Below are positions 35,823 to 46,000 of a stretch of DNA of 64,000 nucleotides, piece by piece. Source of the stretch: Polyangiales bacterium (GTDB taxonomy: Bacteria > Myxococcota_A > Polyangia > Polyangiales > Ga0077539); NCBI GenBank assembly GCA_044229975.1, contig JBGARZ010000003.1, positions 96,001 through 160,000 on the forward strand, given 5' to 3'. Under the pieces are notes generated by a model. It ran no database searches, was not told the origin of the DNA, and worked only from the letters and a program-made list of their open reading frames with translations. Every line of letters begins with the position of its first letter. Positions within the stretch are counted from its first letter, which is position 1. The translations under genes were made by a program, and so were the position numbers.

Positions 35823-36182
35823 ATGGACATCAAGAAGATCATCGCGAAGCTGCCCGTGGGCTACGCCGAGGACGCGGCGGGGATGAACGGCGATCAGCTT
35901 CGGGCGGAGATCATCCGCGCCGAGACGTCGCTCAAGTGGGTGCAGCAGGAGATGAAGGCCGACGAGAAGCTCACCGGCGCCCGCGAGCTGATGAAGGACC
36001 TGTCGTCGGCCTACAACGAGGCCAAGAAGGCGCAGCGCGCCAAGATCGACTACTCGCTCCACGTGCTCGAAGAGCGCGGCGAGCTCGGCGTCGGTCACGC
36101 CATCGAGGACGAGGAGAACGCCACCACCGGCGCCCGCCCCTCGCGCACCGAGACGAAGCTCAAGAAGCCCCGCGCGGCCTGA
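35823..36182 (+). CDS. Small helical hypothetical protein with basic C-terminal tail
   Basis: AAGGAGG RBS, strong codon bias, Lys/Glu-rich helices. Confidence 0.85.
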   Translation: MDIKKIIAKLPVGYAEDAAGMNGDQLRAEIIRAETSLKWVQQEMKADEKLTGARELMKDLSSAYNEAKKAQRAKIDYSLHVLEERGELGVGHAIEDEENATTGARPSRTETKLKKPRAA

Positions 36183-36195
36183 TCCGCCTCTCCCT

Positions 36196-37623
36196 TCACT
36201 CCGCCGACAGCAACGACCGGATTCGCGCGAGCGCCCCAGGTAGCGCGCGGACCCGGTACGTCGCCCCGTCCTCGTCCCAGCTCTCTTCCAGCACCCGGCA
36301 CTCGCGGTGGATCTCTCCCCCGACGGCGCCCTTCGAGAAGGGCACCTTGAGCGTGTCCTCGGCCATGCCGAGCTCCAGCGCTTCCAGGATGCGCTCCCGC
36401 AAGGCCAGCACGGAGCCGCGGTCGAGCGCCGACACGAGCACCGCGTCGGGAAACTCCAACGACAGCGCCTCCTGCGCGTCGCGGTCGAGCCGGTCGCGCT
36501 TGTTGAGCACCAGCAGCGACGGCAGCGAGCCCGCGTCGATCTCCGAGAGCACCTCGCGGGTCACCGCGTACTGGGTGCGCCACGCCTCATCGCTGCCGTC
36601 GACGACGTGCAACAGCAGCGTCGCCTCGCGCGCCTCGTCGAGCGTCGAGCGGAAGCTCGCCACCAGGTCGTGCGGCAGCTTCTTGATGAAGCCGACGGTG
36701 TCCGAGACCAGCACCTTCGGCCGGCTCTCGGGCGAGAGCGATCGCACCGTCGTGTCGAGCGTCGCGAAGAGCTTGTCGGCCACGTAGACCTCGCTCCCGG
36801 TAAGCGCCCGCATCAGCGAGCTCTTGCCCGCGTTGGTGTAGCCCACCAGCGCCACGCGGAGCTGCTCCTGCCGCCGCGCGCGCCGCACGTCGCCCTCCCG
36901 CGCGAGGCCCGACAGCTCGCGCCGCAGCTCGGCCACCCGGTCGCGGATCTTCCGCCGGTCGAGCTCCACCGAGCTCTCGCCCGCACCCTTTCCCCCGATG
37001 CCTCCGCGCTGCCGATCGCCGCCCGCGCCCGTCTCGCGCAGCCGCGGCGCGAGGTAGTTGAGCCGCGCGATCTCCACCTGGAGCTTCGCCTCGCGGCTCT
37101 TGGCGTGGCGGTGGAAGATCTCGACGATGACGGCCGTCCGGTCGAGCACCGTCGCCCCCGTCGCGCGCTCCAGGTTGCGGAGCTGCGACGGTCCCAGCTC
37201 GTGGTCGACCACCACCAGACCCGCGCGCTCGGTCGGCGCCACGTCCTCGTCGGCGTCGTCTTCGATCAACCCCTCGGGCTCGATCGGTGACTCGCCGCCT
37301 TCGTCGACCGCGGTCTCGTCCGATCCGTCGTCCGCGCCCGGGCGCTCATCGATCTTGCGCGTCTTCCGGACCGCGCCCGATGGGACCACCCCGGTGCCGT
37401 CGGTGTAGCGCGCGAGCACGCGGAGCTTGCCCTCGCCCACCACGGCCGCGGCGGCGAGGTGCGAGCGGCGCTGCGTGACCGAACCCACCACCCGATGGCC
37501 GAGGGTCTCCACGAGCCGACCGAGCTCTTCGATGGACGATCGGTGCTCGGCGTCGTCGACCCCCGGAAGCTGAACGGCGACCAGGACGGCGGTGGTGGGC
37601 TCTTGTTCGGCGGCTTGGTCCAT
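36196..37623 (-). CDS. hflX: GTPase HflX
   Basis: LQVEIARLNY, GAGES, VGYTNAGKSS, KLFATLDTT, DTVGFIKKLPHDLVASFRSTL, NKRD. Confidence 0.95.
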   Translation of the reverse strand: MDQAAEQEPTTAVLVAVQLPGVDDAEHRSSIEELGRLVETLGHRVVGSVTQRRSHLAAAAVVGEGKLRVLARYTDGTGVVPSGAVRKTRKIDERPGADDGSDETAVDEGGESPIEPEGLIEDDADEDVAPTERAGLVVVDHELGPSQLRNLERATGATVLDRTAVIVEIFHRHAKSREAKLQVEIARLNYLAPRLRETGAGGDRQRGGIGGKGAGESSVELDRRKIRDRVAELRRELSGLAREGDVRRARRQEQLRVALVGYTNAGKSSLMRALTGSEVYVADKLFATLDTTVRSLSPESRPKVLVSDTVGFIKKLPHDLVASFRSTLDEAREATLLLHVVDGSDEAWRTQYAVTREVLSEIDAGSLPSLLVLNKRDRLDRDAQEALSLEFPDAVLVSALDRGSVLALRERILEALELGMAEDTLKVPFSKGAVGGEIHRECRVLEESWDEDGATYRVRALPGALARIRSLLSAE

Positions 37624-37688
37624 GAGGGGCCGGGGAAGGTAGCACCCTTGCCGGGGCCATCGCGCTCCGGTAGAGCCCCGCGATCGCG

Positions 37689-38387
37689 ATGAAGACCCCT
37701 CCCCCGACCGAAGCCTCCGACGAGAGCCCCACCGTGACTCGCGTCCGCGAGCTCATCACCCCGATGCAGACCCGCACGCGCATCGTCGTCCTCCAGCACC
37801 CGCAGGAGCGCGACCGCGACCTCGGAACGGTCCCGCTGCTCCGCGCGATGCTCCCGCAGGTGGAGGTAGTCGTCGGGCTCTCGTGGCCCTCCCTCGCCCG
37901 GCTCCTCGATGACGCCGACGCGGACGCCCTCCGCTGGGCGGTGCTCTACCCGGGCTCGCTCCCGCGAGAGCTCCAACGCGACGAGCAATCGGCCCCGGTG
38001 CTGCGCCTCGATCGCAACGGCAACGCCCTCGGCCCGACGCCGCACCTCCAGGGGCTGCTCGTGCTCGACGGGTCGTGGTCGCAGGCCAAGACCCTCTGGT
38101 GGCGCAACCCCTGGTTCTTGAAGGTGCAGCGCCTGGTGCTCCACCCCAAGGAGCCGTCGATCTACGGAAAGCTCCGCAAGGAGCCGCGGCGCGAGGCCAT
38201 CTCCACGCTGGAGTCCGTGGCCGACGCCCTGGTGTTCAATGGAGAGCCCAAGGAGGTGCGGGAGACGCTCCGGAAGGTGTTCCGCACGATGATCCAGCGC
38301 ACCCGCGACGAGCGGAAGCAGGCGGGGCCCGCGGCGCCGGGCACCGACACCGTCGACACCGACCAAGACCCGCCGGAATCAGCCTGA
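37689..38387 (+). CDS. DTW-domain tRNA aminocarboxypropyltransferase (TapT-like)
   Basis: VLQHPQE, VLYP, VLDGSWSQAK, ISTLESV. Confidence 0.85.
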   Translation: MKTPPPTEASDESPTVTRVRELITPMQTRTRIVVLQHPQERDRDLGTVPLLRAMLPQVEVVVGLSWPSLARLLDDADADALRWAVLYPGSLPRELQRDEQSAPVLRLDRNGNALGPTPHLQGLLVLDGSWSQAKTLWWRNPWFLKVQRLVLHPKEPSIYGKLRKEPRREAISTLESVADALVFNGEPKEVRETLRKVFRTMIQRTRDERKQAGPAAPGTDTVDTDQDPPESA

Positions 38388-38503
38388 TCGTGAACACGAT
38401 CCGGGTCGGACCGTATATGGTCCCGGCCCGCATCGCCGGAGGGTCGGCGCCGGCGGCAGCTCCACTGCCCGTAATCCCCCACACGTCCATAGGAGAACCT
38501 CGC

Positions 38504-39541
38504 ATGAAGTCGGTCAGCCAGAGAATGTTCGTCGTGATGTCCGCGGTCTCGGTCCTCGGCATCGGCAGCGGCTGCGCGCGCACAGCCACCTTCGCCGTGA
38601 CGCGCCCCGCGATGCTCAACGCCGCCGCCGTCGGCAACACCATGTCCGTCGGTGGCGTGGCCGCCCCGTCGGGGATGCCCCAGGACATGCAGGCCGCCGC
38701 GGAGATCGTCAGCGACCTCACCGGGCGCGTCAGCCACTCGCTCAACCCCTCCATCCGCTTGATGGCGGCCGGCGGCGGCGTGGTCATCACCGGCGCGGTG
38801 CTCGCCAACCAGTACGTCGAAAACTTCGAGCAGAACCCCGGCACCTGCACCCGCAGCGTCCCGACCTACGTCAACGGGCGCCCGAGCTCGCGCGTCGAGT
38901 CGTACTCCTGCACCAACCTCCGCCGCGTGGGCACCGCCTCGGCGCGGCTCCAGTTCCAGGTGACGCACGGCCAGGACGGACAGGTGCTGTTCGACCGCAC
39001 CTACGATGACACCGCGACGACGGCCACCACCGGCGTGATCTCGCCGTACGAGCGCCGCGACCCGCCTCCCATCGACGGCGGCGGCATGCTCCACAACCTC
39101 CGCGCAAACCTCACCGAGCACTTCGCGCGCGTGATCCTGCCGTGGCAGGAGAACGTCACCGTGGTCTTCGAGGACTGCGATGGCGACGCGCGCTGCCGCC
39201 AGGGCTACGACCTCGTGCAGCACCAGAACCTCGCTGGGGCCGAGCCGCTCTTCACCGCCGTCATCGGCCAGTACCAGAACGCCACCCTCCCGGTTCCGCC
39301 CAACGAGGCAGAGAAGATCGGCGAGGCGTTCTACAACCGCGGGCTCGTGCGCTCGTACCTCGGGCAGTACGCCCGCGCGGTGGCCGACCTCACGCGCGCC
39401 ATCGCGCTGCGCCCCGAGGAGACCGACTGGCAGCAGGAACTCCAGTCCGCCCAGCGCATGTCGCAGGATCAGGAAGCCCTCCGTCAGCAGGGCGCCGTCG
39501 CCAACGAGACCCAGAACGTCCAGCAGGCAGGCACCCCGTGA
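38504..39541 (+). CDS. TPR-containing lipoprotein
   Basis: AGGAGA RBS; lipobox GSGC; AFYNRGLVRSYLGQYARAVADLTRAIALRP TPR. Confidence 0.8.
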   Translation: MKSVSQRMFVVMSAVSVLGIGSGCARTATFAVTRPAMLNAAAVGNTMSVGGVAAPSGMPQDMQAAAEIVSDLTGRVSHSLNPSIRLMAAGGGVVITGAVLANQYVENFEQNPGTCTRSVPTYVNGRPSSRVESYSCTNLRRVGTASARLQFQVTHGQDGQVLFDRTYDDTATTATTGVISPYERRDPPPIDGGGMLHNLRANLTEHFARVILPWQENVTVVFEDCDGDARCRQGYDLVQHQNLAGAEPLFTAVIGQYQNATLPVPPNEAEKIGEAFYNRGLVRSYLGQYARAVADLTRAIALRPEETDWQQELQSAQRMSQDQEALRQQGAVANETQNVQQAGTP

Positions 39542-40977
39542 GCTTGCGCCGCGTCGGTTCATGGTCCCTCGGGGCGGCGCTGTGCGTCGCCGGCGCGGGC
39601 TCGCTCTGGTCGTGCCGCAACATGAGCGGCGCGGCCCCCGTCGATCAGAGCGCCCTCGCGGCGCAGAACAGCGTGTTCTTCCAGGAGCAGCTCCGCCTCG
39701 CCCGCGAGGCCCTCGCGCGCCAGGAATGGGAGGCCGCCCGGCAGAACCTCGAAGGCGTCGTCGAGTCGCTCCCGGCGACCGATCCCAACGGTGCCGAAGC
39801 CCGCGCGGGCCTCGCCCAGATCGCCTTCGAGCTCGGCGACTACGCCCGCGCCGCTCAGGTCGCCGCGGAGGTCCCCAACAACTCCGCCGTCGCGGCCTCG
39901 GCCCTCGAGAGCCGCGGCCTCGCGCAGCTCTTCTCGTGCAACTTCGAGGCGGCCACGCAGACCTTCTACCAGCTCGCGGAGGTCGACAACCCGCGCGGCC
40001 GCGTGTGGCTGGGCGTGGCCTTCGCGTGGACGGGCGCCGACGCCAACGCCGAGCGCGAGCTCACCTCGGTGGTCTCGAGCGCCGGCAACACCGAGCACGC
40101 CCCCAACGCCCGCTTCTACCTCTCGCAGCTCGCCCTCTGGGGTCGCCGCGCGGGGCCCGCGCAGCGCTATCTGGGTGAGCTCCAGTCGTCGTCGCCGCAG
40201 TACCTCCCGACGCTCGACACCCGCGCGCAGAACTGGCTCACCCGCCGCGCGCACCTCATGCGGGCGTACTTCACCTTCGACACGCTGGCGCGCCTGCACC
40301 GCATGTCGTCCAACAACCAGGCCGTCGCCGACGACCAGCACGCGGGCCAGGCCCTCGCGCTCCTCCAGGCGTCCCCCGGTGCGTGTGGCGAGCAGGTGAC
40401 CCGCCTCGCCCAGGCGCGCTCCGCCGCGGCCGGCGACCGCGACGCCTTCGCGGCCGCCAACCGCGACAACGACGGCGACGGCGTGCCCGACGCGCGCGAC
40501 CGCTGCCCCAACGAGGCGGAGACCCGCAACGGCATCCAGGACGACGACGGCTGCCCCGAGGCCACCGCGGCCATCGAGGTGGTCGGCAACCAGATCCGCA
40601 TCCGCGACGGGTTCGCCATCAACTTCGACCCCGCCCGCGACTCGGTCATGGACTCGTCGCGCCCGGTGCTCGACGCCATCGCGGCGCTGCTGCGCAACCC
40701 GGCCTACAGCTGGATCCGCCGCATCCGCCTCGAAGGCCACACCGACGACGTCGGCGAGACCGCCGCCAACCTCGACCTCTCGCAGCGCCGCGTGCGCCGC
40801 GTGGGCGCCCTGCTCGTCGCCAACGGCGTGCCCACCGACCGGCTCACCTTCGAGTCGTATGGTGAGAGCCGCCCCATCGACCCGTCGGGCACCGAAGAAG
40901 CCCGCGCCCGCAACCGCCGCGTGGAGATGTTCATCATCGACCCGGCGACCTTCGGCGGCGTTCGCGCCACCAACTGA
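39538..40977 (+). CDS. TPR + thrombospondin type-3 repeat + OmpA-like peptidoglycan-binding lipoprotein
   Basis: GTGA overlap with upstream gene; DNDGDGVPDARDRCP...DDDGCPE; EGHTDDVG..NLDLSQRR..YGESRP..NRRVE. Confidence 0.88.
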   Translation: MSLRRVGSWSLGAALCVAGAGSLWSCRNMSGAAPVDQSALAAQNSVFFQEQLRLAREALARQEWEAARQNLEGVVESLPATDPNGAEARAGLAQIAFELGDYARAAQVAAEVPNNSAVAASALESRGLAQLFSCNFEAATQTFYQLAEVDNPRGRVWLGVAFAWTGADANAERELTSVVSSAGNTEHAPNARFYLSQLALWGRRAGPAQRYLGELQSSSPQYLPTLDTRAQNWLTRRAHLMRAYFTFDTLARLHRMSSNNQAVADDQHAGQALALLQASPGACGEQVTRLAQARSAAAGDRDAFAAANRDNDGDGVPDARDRCPNEAETRNGIQDDDGCPEATAAIEVVGNQIRIRDGFAINFDPARDSVMDSSRPVLDAIAALLRNPAYSWIRRIRLEGHTDDVGETAANLDLSQRRVRRVGALLVANGVPTDRLTFESYGESRPIDPSGTEEARARNRRVEMFIIDPATFGGVRATN

Positions 40978-41070
40978 CCCTCTCCCCTCTCCTCTCGTCC
41001 CCACGCATCAACGCTCGGCCCGTCCGCGGGCCGTGTGGCATCATCGGCGCCCCTCACGAGGAGCGTTGCG

Positions 41071-41805
41071 ATGATTGGTTCGCGGGTCATGGGTCTGTGG
41101 TCCAACGGAAGCTGGTATCCCGGCACGGTCAGCAAGAGCCGTGACCGCGGGGGCGAGCACGAGTTCTTCGTGCAGTTCGATGACGGCGACACCGCATGGC
41201 TGCGGCTCGACCAGCTCCAGCCGCAACCGGGAGCCCAGACGGCGGCTCGTGGGCACAACCCCTTCCCCGGCGCGCGGGTCATGGGGGACTGGACCGAGGA
41301 CAGCTGGTACCCGGGCTACGTCGCCGAGGCCAACGCCAACGAGAGCCTCTTCTTCGTGCAGTTCGACGACGGCGACACCAAGTGGCTGCCCGCCGTGAAG
41401 ATCCGCCCCAACGGCGACCGCCCCAACGCCGCCCCGGCGCCGCACCTCACCGCGGGCACCGTGGTGCAGGGCGATTGGAGCGGCGGCTCCTGGTATCCGG
41501 GCGTCGTCGCGCGGGTCAACGCCAACGCCACGATGTTCTTCATCCAGTTCGATGACGGCGACCAGAAGTGGCTGCCCGTCCATCTCCTGCGCTTCGGTCA
41601 CGTCGCCGCCGCCCCGCCGTCCTATCCGCAGCACGCGCCGCCCTCGTACCCGCAGTACGCGCCGCCCTCCTACCCCCAGGCGCCCGCGGCGCCCGTGGTG
41701 GAGAAGGTCATCGAGCGGCAGGTGCTCGTGGTGCGCTGCCCCTACTGCAAGAAGCTCACGCCCGCCGACCTCACGAGCTGCGAGCAGTGCGGCGCGAAGC
41801 AGTAG
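41071..41805 (+). CDS. Triple Tudor-like domain protein with PPSY repeats and C-terminal zinc ribbon
   Basis: Three repeats V.G.W....WYPG.V...FF[VI]QFDDGD..WL; (APPSYPQx)3; CPYC...CEQC; GAGGAG RBS. Confidence 0.85.
   Translation: MIGSRVMGLWSNGSWYPGTVSKSRDRGGEHEFFVQFDDGDTAWLRLDQLQPQPGAQTAARGHNPFPGARVMGDWTEDSWYPGYVAEANANESLFFVQFDDGDTKWLPAVKIRPNGDRPNAAPAPHLTAGTVVQGDWSGGSWYPGVVARVNANATMFFIQFDDGDQKWLPVHLLRFGHVAAAPPSYPQHAPPSYPQYAPPSYPQAPAAPVVEKVIERQVLVVRCPYCKKLTPADLTSCEQCGAKQ
41611..41682 (+). repeat. 3 x 24-bp in-frame tandem repeat encoding APPSYPQ(H/Y/A)
   Basis: Units at 41611-41634, 41635-41658 and 41659-41682. Confidence 0.9.
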
Positions 41806-43035
41806 TCAGCGCCGACCGCTCTTCCCCCCGCCCATGATCTGCGAGAGCGCCGCGAGGCCCGCCGTCAACGACGACAGGGTCTCGTCGAGGTGCGCCTTGC
41901 TCGCGCGGCCCTTGGCGGCCGCCCGCTTGGGCTTCGTCGGCTTCGCGACCTTCGGCACTTCGCGCGGCACTTCGACGCGAGGCGCCGGGGCCGCGACCAC
42001 CACGGGCTTCACCTCGCGCGCGACGCGGAGCGGGGCCACCTTGGTCGTCGCGCGGCTGCGCTCCAGCGCCGCCGTCGACGGCAACGCCGCGGGGGCCGCC
42101 GCCTTCTGCACGCCTTCGGGATAGACCCGCACGCCCGCCGGCGGTGTCGACACGTCCGTCCACCACGACGCGTCGGGCTGCGCGGCGTCCTCCGACTCCA
42201 CGGGAGGGAGGCCGAGGTCTTCGGCGTCGATGCCCCACGCGAGGCACGAGTGACGCTCCGCCTCGGACATCTCCGCGATGGGCTCGACCCGCGTGGCCCG
42301 ATGCGCGAAGCGACGAGGCTTCGCGGCACCCCGCGAGCGCCACGGACGATCACCGTGAACGTAGTCCTGCCCGAGCAGCCAGTGCCCCAGGAGGGCGCGC
42401 ATCCATTCGGAGGGGAGCACCAGTCGGCGCAGCGTCTGGGTGCCGCTCGCGCCCGGCGTCTGCGCCACCACGAGCAGGTCGAGCAGCTCGAACACCAGCT
42501 CGGTGTGATGCTCGGCGAGCAGCAGCATCGCCCGCGCGGCAGCGTCGCGGTGGGGACACGCCTGCTGGGACGGCGCCGGGCTCCAGACGGTGAGCGGCCC
42601 GCGCGGCGGCTCACGCGCGATGCACTCCTTGCACTGCTGGGCGCCCGCGCCGGGTGGCTTCAATCGACCACCGAAGCGGCTGCGCCACGTCGCGCGCAGG
42701 TCATCGATGACGGCCATGGGACCTGCGTCGAGGTCGAGCGGCCGGTCGCGCGTGACCCAGGTCGGGTGTTCGAAGAGCGAGTGTTGTGCGATGAGCACCC
42801 GCAGCCCTTCGGCGTACTCGCGGTCTTCGATCTGCGTGGCCCATTGGCGGTAATGCCAGCGGCGCAGGTCGAACTCGGCGGGCTCCTCGCCGCGCGGGGT
42901 GTGGATCAGGGTCGAGAGAAAGGTCCCGTGGCGGCGCACCTCGACGCGACCGGCGTCTCCGAGGTCGAGGGCGTACAGGTCACGCACCGGCACCGCGTAG
43001 GCAGGCTCGCGCGAGGTCTCCAGCTCAGGGATCAA
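41806..43035 (-). CDS. Hypothetical protein, probable divergent SWIM zinc-finger partner of SNF2 helicase
   Basis: Start overlaps the SNF2 stop (TTGA); CKEC-x22-CPH followed by ..AA....LLAE....LVFEL, resembling the SWIM CxC..CxH block; Lys/Ala-rich tail. Confidence 0.6.
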   Translation of the reverse strand: MIPELETSREPAYAVPVRDLYALDLGDAGRVEVRRHGTFLSTLIHTPRGEEPAEFDLRRWHYRQWATQIEDREYAEGLRVLIAQHSLFEHPTWVTRDRPLDLDAGPMAVIDDLRATWRSRFGGRLKPPGAGAQQCKECIAREPPRGPLTVWSPAPSQQACPHRDAAARAMLLLAEHHTELVFELLDLLVVAQTPGASGTQTLRRLVLPSEWMRALLGHWLLGQDYVHGDRPWRSRGAAKPRRFAHRATRVEPIAEMSEAERHSCLAWGIDAEDLGLPPVESEDAAQPDASWWTDVSTPPAGVRVYPEGVQKAAAPAALPSTAALERSRATTKVAPLRVAREVKPVVVAAPAPRVEVPREVPKVAKPTKPKRAAAKGRASKAHLDETLSSLTAGLAALSQIMGGGKSGRR

Positions 43036-46000
43036 CTCTCTGCTCCGTCTTCGTCGATCTCGTCGAGCGTCAGGAAGTCCTTCAGCTCACGGTCGCTCAT
43101 CTCGGTGACCCAGGTCTCGCCCGCGTCGGAGAGCACCTCGGCCGCGAGCGACCGCTTCTCTTCCAACATCTTCTGGATGCGCTCTTCCAGGGTGCCCGTG
43201 GTCACGAACTTGTAGACATTGACCGGTCGCGTCTGGCCGATGCGGTGCGCGCGGTCGGTGGCCTGATCTTCGACGGCGGGGTTCCACCAGCGGTCATAGT
43301 GGATGACGGCCGTGGCACGAACGAGGTTGAGCCCGGTGCCGCCCGCCTTCAACGAGAGAATCAGCACGGGCTCGCCGTCCTCGGAGCGAAACGCGTCGAG
43401 CATGGCCTCGCGCTCCTTGGGCGAGAGACCACCGTGGAAGAAGGGCACCTCTCGCTTGAACTTCTGCTCGATGGCGGCCTGCAACAGCTCACCCATCTCC
43501 CGGTATTGGGTAAACACCAGCGTGGGCTGTCCCTGGTCGATGAGCTCCTCCAACAACTCGATGCACCGATCGAGCTTGCTCGAACGGCCCAACAGCCGCT
43601 CGGGCTCCTCTTCGGTGTAGTTCTCCGGGTGGTTGCAGATCTGCTTGAGCCCGGTGAGCGCCGCAAGAATCGACGCGCGCCGCCCCATCCCGGTGCCGCC
43701 CTTCACCTTCTCGAAGGTCACCTCGGTGAGGGCCCGATACAGAGCCGCCTGCTCACGGGTCAGGCCACACTCGACGATCTGCTCGGTGCGCGCCGGGAGA
43801 TCACCCGCCACCTCGGGATCGCGCTTGCTCCGACGCAGCATGAAGGGCGTCACCCGTCGCCGCAGCCGCGACATGGCCGTCTCCTCGCCGCGCCGCAGCG
43901 GCTCAAGAAACGACCGCGAGAACCGCGTCGGCCCGCCCAGCAGCCCGGGCATCACGAGGTCGAAGATCGACCAGAGGTCGCGCAGGTGGTTTTCCACCGG
44001 CGTACCCGTGAGCGCCAGGCGCCGCGCCGCGCGCAGCCCCTTGAGCACCTGGGTCTGCTGGGCCAGCGGGTTCTTCACGTGCTGGGCTTCATCGACGATG
44101 AGGATGTTCCACCGGTGCTCTTCAAAGAGGACGCGGTCGCGTCTCAAGAGGGCATAGCTGGTGACCATCACGTCATGGGTGCGGACCACCTCGGCGAAGC
44201 GCTTCGGATCGGTCTCCCGCGAAGCCTCCTGGTGCATGTACACCTTGAGCTTCGGAGCAAAACGGCGGGCTTCCTTCACCCAGTTGTGCACCACCGAGGT
44301 GGGACACACGACGAGGTCAGGCGCCTTGGGCTTCTTCGGAGCACCCTGCCGACGGTGATGCCACAAGAGCGCCAGCACCTGAACGGTCTTGCCCAGACCC
44401 ATGTCGTCCGCAAGGCAGGCGCCCAGGCCGAACGAAGTGATCTGGTCCATCCAGCTCAGGCCCCGGAGCTGGTACGGGCGGAGCGTCCCCTGGAAGCCCG
44501 GCGGCGTCTCCGTCAACCGACTCGCGCTGCCCGACGCGAGCCTCTCCAGGAAGCTCTCCCACTGCGCGGCAAACACCGACTCCAGGCGCGCGGCGTCGCG
44601 GGTCGCGGTCCACTCGTCTTCGAGCTGATTGACGTCCTGCCAGCCGAGCGAGCCGCCCTTCATCAAGCGGTCGAGCACCTTGCGACGCGCGAGCGCCAGC
44701 TCCAGCACCGCCTCCAGATCACTCCGCGGAACGGCCCTCCGACCAATCCGAAGAATGGCCCCGTCCGATGACTCCAGGAGTGCCTTGGCGCTCTCGGGAG
44801 AGAGCTCGTCCTCTCCCAGCACCACGGTGAGCTCTGGCACGAAGCGCAGCATCGCGAGGCCGCCCTCGCCCAGCTGCTGCTCCAGCGCATCGTCGTTGAC
44901 GGGGCTCCACTTCACCCGCAGCCGCGCGCTCTGGGTGTTGCCGAGAGAGACGCTGAAGAGCACCGGCTCGCGACCGCGGCTCGGCGCCTCCATGTTGAGA
45001 ACCCGATAGACCTTCTCCGTTGGTCTTCCGTGAATGGGCGCGAGGCCCGCCACCACGGACATCTCGGCCTCCGTCAACGGACTGCGGCCATCGCGGAGGA
45101 GCTCGGGGCGCGCGGCGAGGTACGGGCGCTGCTCCAGCAGGCCCTCCCAGTCGCGGTAGGCGACGCTCGCGGGGAAGCGTCGCACGGTCTCGTCGGGGCC
45201 CTCGATGAGCGGGTCGCGCATCGACTCCTGCTTGAAGAGTCCGAAGAGCGGCACCGCGGGGCCCTCTCCGATCAACGCCATCTCCATCTGCCATGGATGA
45301 TCGGACTTCATGATGTCCGATGGGGCGATGACGCCGTGGAGGTGGGACTGCGACGGCAGGACGGCCGGGCGCCACACGTCGTGGTTGGGATGCAGGCAGC
45401 TCCCGAAGGAGGCGTGCAACGAGGCGAGCACCTCGGCCTTCAGGGGCGCCGGGCGCTGGGCAGCAGGAGGGTCGGCGGACTCCGGCGTCGCGGCGGACAG
45501 GGCCTCGACCGCGAAGCGCGCGAAGGGGGCGGTCTCGTTGGGCGCGACGAGGGGCTGGGTGCGAAACTCGTGGGCCCGGACACACCACGCGTGGACCGCG
45601 CCGAGGGTGGGACACCCGACGAGCAAGCGCCGGAAGCTCATCAGGGTGTTGAGCGAGACCGGCGGGATCCACTTCAGGGGAGAGTGGTCAGGGAGCGCCG
45701 GGAGCCGGGTGGGGAGGAGGTTGCCGTGAGAGAAGCAGTCGTGGAGCAGGTCGAGGGCGTCGAGGGTGACGAAGCAACCTGGACTGGAGAGCGCCGCGCC
45801 GTGGCGTTTGGTCCATGCGCGCAAGAAGGGGCGGAGGTGCGTCAGGGCCTGCGCGGCGGGCACCACCCAACCGACGATGTGATAGGGCCCCTCACCCACG
45901 GCGCGCCGCGGAAACTCCGCGCGGTCGGTGTCGAGCTCGCGGAGATGACCGGGCAACGGCACCGGGTGATGACTGGTGAGACGCGGAAAGGGTGCCGCGA

